Assembly (NCBI GenBank): GCA_036140815.1
Contig: JAYZXX010000009.1
Span: 2,648-66,647, forward strand
DNA length: 64,000 nucleotides
Source of the DNA: Bdellovibrionota bacterium
GTDB taxonomy: Bacteria > Bdellovibrionota > Bdellovibrionia > Bdellovibrionales > UBA840
Direction: 5' to 3'
The notes under the pieces were generated by a model. That model had not been told where the DNA came from and ran no database searches. It saw nothing but the letters and a program-made list of their open reading frames with translations. Position 1 is the stretch's first letter. Every line of letters begins with the position of its first letter. The position numbers and the translations under genes are program-made. This document shows, one piece after another, positions 56,909-64,000 of this stretch.

Positions 56909-57670
56909 ATGTTAAAGTGGGCACAAATTCCTGCGTGGGATGATAATTACATCTATTTGGTGCATAACGATAAAGAAGCTGTCGTCATAGACCCTACCGA
57001 AGCTGAGCCTTTGATTGATTTTCTCGAAGACAATCAGCTTACATTAAATCGAATCATCAACACTCACCATCACCCTGACCATATTGGTGGTATTAGTGAA
57101 TTGGTTAATAAGTATAGTATTAGCGTAAGCTGCTCAGAGTATGATAAAGATCGTGTACCTCACGCATCAATATTCTTTAAACCAGAGGATTCTTTTGAAG
57201 TTTTAGGCTCAAAAGTCAAAGTGATAGATGTTAGTGGACATACTTTAGGTCAAATCGCCTATCACTTCCCCGAGGAGAAACTCTTGTTTTCTGGCGACTG
57301 TTTATTTCGCCTTGGATGTGGATACATTTTTGAAGGCACCCCAGAGATGATGCAAAAAAGTTTTTCAAGAATTAAATCTCTGCCAGAAGAAACTTTAATA
57401 TGCTGCTCTCACGAATACACTTTAGCCAACGCCAGGTTTCAAGAAAGTTTAGACTACCGGCCAGAGTTTAAATACTATTTTGAATCTCTTAGGAAAATTA
57501 GAGCAGAAGGAAACTATACAGTTCCTTACCCCTTAAAAGAAGACCTGGAGTGGAATCTTTTCTTGCGATGGGATGATGAAAAATTAAAAGCTCACCTAAA
57601 TCTAGAACACTCAAGCCCCGCCGAATTTGTAGCGGAAATTCGTCAAAGAAAAAACCGCTTTAAGGCATGA
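56909..57670 (+). CDS. gloB: Hydroxyacylglutathione hydrolase (glyoxalase II)
   Basis: AGGAGGA lies immediately upstream of the ATG at 56909. N-terminus MLKWAQIPAWDDNYIYLV. Motifs THHHPDHIGG and CSHEYT. Confidence 0.9.
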   Translation: MLKWAQIPAWDDNYIYLVHNDKEAVVIDPTEAEPLIDFLEDNQLTLNRIINTHHHPDHIGGISELVNKYSISVSCSEYDKDRVPHASIFFKPEDSFEVLGSKVKVIDVSGHTLGQIAYHFPEEKLLFSGDCLFRLGCGYIFEGTPEMMQKSFSRIKSLPEETLICCSHEYTLANARFQESLDYRPEFKYYFESLRKIRAEGNYTVPYPLKEDLEWNLFLRWDDEKLKAHLNLEHSSPAEFVAEIRQRKNRFKA

Positions 57671-57853
57671 AGCACTTACACTGACAGAAGCACATAAAGA
57701 TTACAGCCTTTGACTTAATGAGCCATTTTGGTTCAAGCAAATCCTCATGCCATTTTCTATAACAATAGATATTCAAAAACTTAAAAGCATATCTTGAATT
57801 CCTCTAGTATTTACATTAATCATTAGCAATCCGTTAAATCTTGGGGGGATTTC

Positions 57854-58753
57854 ATGAGCAAAGTTTTATTTCTTATTTCAACTCTATTTTTAAGCCTACA
57901 AGTAAAGGCGAGTCGATATGACGACATTGTAAATCAGCTGCTCTTAATCAAAAAGAATTCTCCTAACTACGTAAACATAGTCAGCCTCGGTAAAAACGAT
58001 CAAGACCAAAACATCTTAGCCTTAAAAATAGAGTTTCCTATCCAAAACGAAAAAATAAATCAATTGGTCGTAGCGGCTCACCACGGAAACGAAACTCTTA
58101 GTGTACCAGTTAGCCTCGAGTTTGCTGGACAGGTATTAAATATTCTAAAAAATCCAGACCACCCATTTCACACAAATTTTAAAAATAAACGCTTTCATGT
58201 GATTCCCGCTTTAAACATTTCTGGCATCAATAACAATCGTAGGGAAGAATATGATATCGAAGGAATCAGTCATGATCCAAACCGAGACTATCCAGATGCT
58301 TGCAATAAAACAAAAAAGAACTTCAAATTAAAAAGCACGTCCTTACTAACAAGGTACATCTACAATAATAAGATTGTCAGTGCCGCCACCGTACATGGCT
58401 ATATTGGAACTTTAACTTTCCCATGGGGAATGTTCACAAAAAACACCCACACTCACGATCATCAATCCTTCCTTGATTTAACTCAATATGCAGTAAAAGC
58501 AAACTCCTATGAAGTGGGTACCCACGCAGATTTAATTTATCCAGCAGAAGGCAGCTTTGAAGACTATATGTACCTTGGTTTTGGAATATGGACTGTCTTA
58601 CTCGAAATTGACCACAACCCTAACATCAGCAAAGACGCCAACTCTTTAGTGAGATTCTTCTACGCATCTCCTAACTCCCGCTCAAATCAACACCAACACA
58701 CAGCAGACTGTAAGTCCATGCGCAGAAACTACACCCCAATGAGCCGCCCATAA
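57854..58753 (+). CDS. Secreted M14-family zinc carboxypeptidase
   Basis: Signal peptide. AAHHGNE carries the HxxE zinc motif. TVHGY supplies the third ligand His. DPNRDYP is also present. Confidence 0.75.
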   Translation: MSKVLFLISTLFLSLQVKASRYDDIVNQLLLIKKNSPNYVNIVSLGKNDQDQNILALKIEFPIQNEKINQLVVAAHHGNETLSVPVSLEFAGQVLNILKNPDHPFHTNFKNKRFHVIPALNISGINNNRREEYDIEGISHDPNRDYPDACNKTKKNFKLKSTSLLTRYIYNNKIVSAATVHGYIGTLTFPWGMFTKNTHTHDHQSFLDLTQYAVKANSYEVGTHADLIYPAEGSFEDYMYLGFGIWTVLLEIDHNPNISKDANSLVRFFYASPNSRSNQHQHTADCKSMRRNYTPMSRP

Positions 58754-59143
58754 TATCCGAATACACCTCCGAAAAAACAAAACACATCCACTCAGATCAA
58801 AACAGTCACCCCCAGAGGGTGGCTGCCACCCAAATGACAAACAAAATCCCCTTGAAGAGCAAAGCGAATTCAAAAGCCATCGGCGGCAAAGCCGCCCCAT
58901 TCCCCTGCCCCCGCGTCCAAAAAAAATAATGACGAGATTTAGCTCTAAAAAAATGAGAAAGAGGCCTCCTGAAGTAAAAGTGTTTTGATCAGACCTTTTT
59001 GGATCAGGAAGATCCAAAACGAGTAACATGGATGTGAGGGAAGAAGCCGCAGGCGAATGACCGGAAAACGCGTCTGAGCAAAATACTTTTGCTTCAGAAG
59101 GCCGAATCATTCGAAGGTCAAAACCGAGGAGTAAGCCAAAAAA

Positions 59144-60253
59144 CTAAAACAAATAACGCCTCATAGACACCGAAGACAAAATCCCCAGACCCAACATAGT
59201 GGTCAAAGTCCCCGAACCACCATAACTGAGCAAAGGCAAAGGAACTCCAACGATAGGCAACAAGCCTGTTACCATACCTATATTCACCGTCATATGCCAA
59301 AACACATAACTGATGGACCCAATAGCTACCAGCACACCAAACTTATCTCTAGCGTGGGAAGCAATTCGAATGGCCATAATGTACAATGACAAAAACAAAG
59401 TAATGGTAACAATGCTCCCCACAAAACCATGCTCCTCACTCAATACACTAAAAATAAAATCCGTATGACGCTCTGGAAGGAACTCTAACTGAGACTGAGT
59501 CCCTCGCTGAAAGCCCTTGCCAATCCATTGGCCACTTCCCACCGCAGTAATGGATTGAATGGTATTGTATCCAGCACCCTGTGGGTCTTTACTAGGATCT
59601 AAAAAGGTTAGCACCCTTTGTTTTTGATATTGCTTCATTCCAAAATTCCACGCCAGCGGTAAAGCCACCACTACAGAAATAATGGCACCTACTAAAATTT
59701 GCCTTTTTACACCAACAAATAAAAATAAAGTTCCAGCCATTGCTGCCAACATCAGAGCGGTACCCAAATCCGGTTGTTTCGCAACTAAAAGAAAAGGAAT
59801 TCCAGTCAAAACAAGAGGAAGCATTAAATCTTTGATCCCCATTCCATTGGGACTTGATTTTTGACTTAATACCCTAGCCAAAACAAACACCAGAGCTAAC
59901 TTCATGGTTTCCGATGGCTGGTAGCGAAAAAAGCCTAAGTCTAACCAGCGCTGAGCGCCGTAAAAACTTCTTCCTATGAATGGTACCAAAGCTAATAAGA
60001 CTAAATTGATACCGTAAAAAACGTAGGCTAACTTATTAAATATTTTGTAATCAAAAAAAGTACAAAACATATATACAACCCAACCAGCCGACAACCACAT
60101 TATTTGAGAACTAAAAGTTCTCCCCCACTCCAATGCCTCTGGAGCATGAGTGGCCGAATACAAATTATAAAGTCCAATCAAATTCAAAAACAAAACCACT
60201 AAGGTTAAATTGATATCAAATCGTTTTATTAGTGTGCGGTTTTCAATTTGCAC
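59144..60253 (-). CDS. rodA: Peptidoglycan glycosyltransferase RodA (SEDS family)
   Basis: FtsW/RodA layout with the motifs QPSETMKLALVFVLA, TDFIFSVLSEEHGFVG and PLPLLSYGGS. Confidence 0.95.
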   Translation of the reverse strand: MQIENRTLIKRFDINLTLVVLFLNLIGLYNLYSATHAPEALEWGRTFSSQIMWLSAGWVVYMFCTFFDYKIFNKLAYVFYGINLVLLALVPFIGRSFYGAQRWLDLGFFRYQPSETMKLALVFVLARVLSQKSSPNGMGIKDLMLPLVLTGIPFLLVAKQPDLGTALMLAAMAGTLFLFVGVKRQILVGAIISVVVALPLAWNFGMKQYQKQRVLTFLDPSKDPQGAGYNTIQSITAVGSGQWIGKGFQRGTQSQLEFLPERHTDFIFSVLSEEHGFVGSIVTITLFLSLYIMAIRIASHARDKFGVLVAIGSISYVFWHMTVNIGMVTGLLPIVGVPLPLLSYGGSGTLTTMLGLGILSSVSMRRYLF

Positions 60254-60256
60254 GTT

Positions 60257-62221
60257 TTACTCCTCAGCCTTAATCAATAGAGCTTGGCGATACTTTTTAG
60301 ATTTTAATTTTTCGGGATAGTATTTTTTCATATAGGCACGAATGATATCTCGAGCAACAGGCGCTCCACCAGTACTTCCATGACATGCATGTTCAGCAAG
60401 TACGGCTACCACAATTTTAGGATCTTCTGCTGGGGCAAAACCCACATACCAACCATGGTGACGCATTTTAATTGGTCGCTCTTCGCATTTGGCAAATACC
60501 TGATCGGAAGACAAATTAAACAACTGAGCGGTTCCAGTTTTACCGGCAATTTCAACTCCCGGAATTTTCCACCATTTAGCCGTTCCCCGCTCTCCATTGT
60601 TCACAAGATACAAACCTTTTTGTACAATAGAAAAAGCCTTTTTACCTATCTTAAAAGCTCCGCCTGTTTTGGGGCTATGGTCTTTTAAAACCTCTGGCTC
60701 AAGTTCTTGAATGATTTCATCTTTTGAATTTAAAACCTTTTTTACTAAATGAGGGCGATAAACCTTTCCATTTTTAGCAATAGAACTAAAAACAGTGGCC
60801 AATTGCAGAGGAGTAAAAAGAACATAACCTTGGCCAATGGCATTGGATAAAGTTTCTCCTGGCTGCCAAGCTTCTCTAAATTGTTTCTGCTTCCATTCGG
60901 TATCCGGGATCAAACCAGGAATTTCACGACTCAAATCAATTCCAGTTTTCGAACCAGCCCCAAGAGCTCTTGCATATTTGGCAATTTTATCCATTCCCAG
61001 TTGGTTGGCAATTTTATAGAAAAATACATTACAAGAACGCTCTAAAGCAGTATAAATATCCACTTTGCCATGACCATATCTTAAATGACAATGATAAGTC
61101 TTTCTCCCCAACCTAAACTTACCATTACAATTGTGCGTCGTCTTGTCCGTAATGACTCCTTCGTTTAAGGCTGCAAGTGCTACCACTGCTTTAAAAGTTG
61201 AGCCCGGGGGATTATGATCTTGAATTACTTTATTTCTTAATGGTTTAAAAGGATCATTCATCAAACTTTTCCAAAGCTTGCTTGAAATTCCAGTGGTAAA
61301 ATTATTGGGATCAAAACTAGGAGCATTCACCCAAGCTAAAACTTCACCATTGTTAGGATCTAAAGCTACGGCAGCTCCAATCTTATCGTTGAGGTTGAAA
61401 GCTTGATAGGCAGCCTCTTGAATATCAGCATCAATGGTCAGGCCTAAATGCTTGCCCGCCTTGGCCTCAATTTTTTCTTTGAAAGCACTAAAAAGCCCTG
61501 AAGTATTGAGGCGAGTTTCACGTCCAAATGCGTCCACTTGGATAAACTTTAAACCATCTTCTCCTCGCAAATTTTCATCGTAATTTAATTCCAGTCCCGT
61601 CTTACCAATGATATCCCCTTGATGAAATTTTTCACTTCGAGATCTCTCTTTATTGAGTACTGGCAATTCTCTTTCTGAAATCTCACCAACATAACCCAAA
61701 AACTGTGCTCCATTTTCATGGAAAGGATAGGTTCTTTTGATAAACATATTGATATCTAATCCAGGATGATCCAGTTGCAAGCGAGACAACCTTGTTACTT
61801 CATCTCTAGATAAGTTCTCTTTGATTCGCACCGGGCGATATTTACCATTTTGACGAGCTTCTTTTTTTACTTTTTTTACAATTCTTGCGGCTTGGAGATT
61901 TAAAATAGGAGCAATAGCCTTCGCCGTATCTTCTAATTTGGCAGCATATTGAGGTGTAATGATCGCTTCGAAGCCCGCTTGGTTGTCCACCAAAATTCGA
62001 CCTTCTCGGTCTAAAATTCTCCCCCTTGGAGCATAGATGGTAGATTTTTTAACAAGGTTTCTTTCTGATATATAACGGTGTTCATTTCCTTCATAAATTT
62101 GTAAATACCATAAACGAGCACCTAATATAGCAAAGGTAATAGCAACACTTGCATACAGTAAAGTATAACTACTAGAATATTCTTTAACTTCCTCTTCAGG
62201 AGTTTGAAGCTGATAACTCAA
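60257..62221 (-). CDS. mrdA: Penicillin-binding protein 2 (elongasome transpeptidase)
   Basis: SxxK: GSTFK. SxN: RSCN. KTG: GKTGTA. N-terminal TM anchor. Position between mreD and rodA. Confidence 0.95.
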   Translation of the reverse strand: MSYQLQTPEEEVKEYSSSYTLLYASVAITFAILGARLWYLQIYEGNEHRYISERNLVKKSTIYAPRGRILDREGRILVDNQAGFEAIITPQYAAKLEDTAKAIAPILNLQAARIVKKVKKEARQNGKYRPVRIKENLSRDEVTRLSRLQLDHPGLDINMFIKRTYPFHENGAQFLGYVGEISERELPVLNKERSRSEKFHQGDIIGKTGLELNYDENLRGEDGLKFIQVDAFGRETRLNTSGLFSAFKEKIEAKAGKHLGLTIDADIQEAAYQAFNLNDKIGAAVALDPNNGEVLAWVNAPSFDPNNFTTGISSKLWKSLMNDPFKPLRNKVIQDHNPPGSTFKAVVALAALNEGVITDKTTHNCNGKFRLGRKTYHCHLRYGHGKVDIYTALERSCNVFFYKIANQLGMDKIAKYARALGAGSKTGIDLSREIPGLIPDTEWKQKQFREAWQPGETLSNAIGQGYVLFTPLQLATVFSSIAKNGKVYRPHLVKKVLNSKDEIIQELEPEVLKDHSPKTGGAFKIGKKAFSIVQKGLYLVNNGERGTAKWWKIPGVEIAGKTGTAQLFNLSSDQVFAKCEERPIKMRHHGWYVGFAPAEDPKIVVAVLAEHACHGSTGGAPVARDIIRAYMKKYYPEKLKSKKYRQALLIKAEE

Positions 62222-62763
62222 ATTGCCTCCTCTACGTCACTGGTGTCAAATCCTCGAGTGGCCGCCTCTACACGAACAAAAATCCAATAAAATAAAGGCG
62301 CAAATAGTGCTGTACTCAATAATTGTAAAAGCCAAAATCCCCATTGAATACTAGCATAGCCACTAGCATCGTCTTCAATCATCCAACTGAAAAGATAATA
62401 GCAAAAGTGAAACAAAATTACTGAGATTCCTGACATCAGTGTAAAATAAGATGAGCCTGGCCAAAAAACTCTTTTCTTCACCTGATTCACCAATACATAG
62501 ATGCAGGCTAAGCAAAAAAACAAAATCTCAATAGGCACGATACTGTAGGAAGAGTAGAGAGCCACAGAAAAAATTAAAAAGGCAGCGCCAGTTTTTAAAT
62601 CATGAAATAACGCAAAAAACAAAAGACTATACATCAAAAAATGTGGGGATGGAATTGAACCTGCTATGCTTGGCCAAAGAGAAGATTGCAAACCCAACAA
62701 AAGAAGGTTCACGACGAAATAAATGATTAGATTTAGGCTTTCGTTTTTTGTTTCATCAGTCAC
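62218..62763 (-). CDS. mreD: Rod shape-determining protein MreD
   Basis: 181-aa polytopic membrane protein located between mreC and mrdA. It overlaps mrdA by 4 nt. Confidence 0.75.
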   Translation of the reverse strand: MTDETKNESLNLIIYFVVNLLLLGLQSSLWPSIAGSIPSPHFLMYSLLFFALFHDLKTGAAFLIFSVALYSSYSIVPIEILFFCLACIYVLVNQVKKRVFWPGSSYFTLMSGISVILFHFCYYLFSWMIEDDASGYASIQWGFWLLQLLSTALFAPLFYWIFVRVEAATRGFDTSDVEEAI

Positions 62764-62768
62764 GGAGC

Positions 62769-63638
62769 CTACCTTCCAAGATCCAGGGAGCTTAACTCTT
62801 CTGTTTTCTTCTCTTCAGGTGGACCAGCAAGAACTTGCTTTACAACAAAGACTTCTTCTAGCTGGCTAGTGTCAACCACCGGTCTAAGTAAAACCTCTTG
62901 AGTAATTCCTGATGACTCTTTTTGAACTCCATCCACGCGAGCAATTGGAAACCCCTCTGGAAAAATATTATCTAAGCCCGAACTAACAACTAAATCCCCG
63001 ATTTCAACTTCATCGGTTCTTTGCAAATAAACAAGCTCTGCGTGTGTGGGATTTAAGCCCTTAACAATTCCTCTTGCTCGGGAGCGCTGTACTCGAGCAT
63101 CTACTACTGCATAGCGATCGGTAACCAAAAGCACAACACTACTTCCCAAACTGGAAGACAAAACATAACCAACCACACCATTTGGATGCACTACAGCTTG
63201 GCCTTTTTTGATTCCTTGCGCACTTCCAACTGAAATTCGAATCACAGACCTTTCTGCGAAAATGTCTTGCCCTATCACTTGCGCTGGCACCAACACCAAA
63301 TGTTTCACATCTTGAAATTTCAACATCTCTCGATATCTTTGGTTTTCGAGATTTAAATCATCAAAATTTAACATCTTTGCTTTCAGCTGAGAGTTCTCTT
63401 CTTTTAATTTCTTAATCTGTTGATTAATATCAACTAAATTCAAGTAAGTTCTGGTGGTATTTTGAATACCACCAACAAAACCCATATATGCTTCTTGTAC
63501 GAATCCTGCCACCATGCTAAAGGGTCGCAAAACCCATGGGTTTTCTCCTGGTTTTTGTAAATTAAGTGAAAACACTGGTAAACTCAAAATAGCTAATAAG
63601 ACCAAAATAATTTTTAAGTTAATTCGATTGCGATTCAT
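62769..63638 (-). CDS. mreC: Rod shape-determining protein MreC
   Basis: N-terminal TM segment. Coiled coil: QIKKLKEENSQLKAKMLNFDDLNLENQRYREML. Beta-rich core with NGVVGYVLS and GLDNIFPEGFPIARV. Confidence 0.9.
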   Translation of the reverse strand: MNRNRINLKIILVLLAILSLPVFSLNLQKPGENPWVLRPFSMVAGFVQEAYMGFVGGIQNTTRTYLNLVDINQQIKKLKEENSQLKAKMLNFDDLNLENQRYREMLKFQDVKHLVLVPAQVIGQDIFAERSVIRISVGSAQGIKKGQAVVHPNGVVGYVLSSSLGSSVVLLVTDRYAVVDARVQRSRARGIVKGLNPTHAELVYLQRTDEVEIGDLVVSSGLDNIFPEGFPIARVDGVQKESSGITQEVLLRPVVDTSQLEEVFVVKQVLAGPPEEKKTEELSSLDLGR

Positions 63639-63874
63639 TAGATGCCCTTACTTCCCTTCCTTAGCAATATAGCACACAAATACAGCATTAGATGATTGCC
63701 TAAGGTCTCAAAAATTATAGTATTTTTGAAATTCCTTAGGCAAGACATTGGACCAAATGACTAGCTGCAGCCTGTTTGCGCTATATCTATACAATCCACC
63801 AAAAGTCCTTGGCAAAGACATAGATCCAATAGCAAAATTGAGCACTAAACAACTGGGATTACGGGAGTGAATGA

Positions 63875-64000
63875 ATGTTTGATATTTTAAAATACCCAAA
63901 TCGTCGCAAGACCATTACTGCTTACATTATTTTTGGTGCAATCTGTTTGGTATTTGTATTCATGGGAATGGATTACGGTGGAAACCCTACTGGTGGTCAC
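63875..64000 (+). CDS. PpiD/SurA-like periplasmic chaperone N-terminus (partial; continues past the right edge)
   Basis: GGGAGTGA lies upstream of the ATG at 63875. MFDILKYPNRRKTITAYIIFGAICLVFVFMG resembles the PpiD N-terminal anchor. Only 42 codons are visible. Confidence 0.4.
   Translation, partial: MFDILKYPNRRKTITAYIIFGAICLVFVFMGMDYGGNPTGGH

Noticed and set aside
58682-59110. 142-aa minus-strand ORF in the spacer after rodA.
   Set aside because: - It overlaps the 3' end of the well-supported carboxypeptidase gene by 72 nt.
- It has no SD.
- Its G/R/L/C/S-rich composition is what an A/C-skewed plus strand produces in antisense translation.
- No motif was recognised.

Overview
The window is AT-rich, compact bacterial chromosome that is mostly core and envelope genes. 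I found no rRNA, tRNA, CRISPR array, transposase or integrase. The gene content suggests a Bdellovibrio-like or Oligoflexia-type (Bacteriovoracaceae-like) Gram-negative, but this is a guess from content only. That content includes many secreted and outer-membrane proteins, chemoreceptors, a type IV pilin, a VKOR-DsbA fusion and a CHASE2 cyclase.

Clearly recognisable genes:
- Cell shape and wall: mreC-mreD-mrdA-rodA, plus an M14 carboxypeptidase.
- Metabolism and repair: pyrD, gloB, mutL-miaA.
- Stringent response block: yicC-gmk-rpoZ-rel.
- Chemoreceptors: one periplasmic-sensor MCP and one cytoplasmic triple-PAS MCP.
- Others: rsmI, a CHASE2 adenylate/guanylate cyclase followed by a class-II phosphodiesterase-like MBL protein and lptD, and a polyprenol-phosphate mannose synthase-type GT2.

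Observations most worth a second look:
1. A terminator-bounded three-gene operon (21049-24438). It encodes an ArsS-type radical SAM/Cys-rich enzyme, an MTAP-family phosphorylase, and a single polypeptide fusing a GT2 'transferase 2' to a DUF2064 'transferase 1'. Together these read as a complete route from a 5'-substituted 5'-deoxyadenosine to a 5-substituted ribosyl conjugate.
2. A locally GC-rich element of about 190 nt, closed by a 20-bp near-perfect inverted repeat (39891-40090). It sits in a 2-kb gene-poor gap between yicC and miaA. It matches no RNA family I can recognise.
3. Several other long non-coding spacers carrying short repeated motifs: TTAATTGCGRAT three times, TCCCCCCT three times, and an A/C-skewed 390-nt spacer after rodA.

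Roughly a third of the ORFs are signal-peptide or lipoprotein hypotheticals that I cannot assign. All protein calls rest on motifs read from the supplied translations, because no database search was possible.
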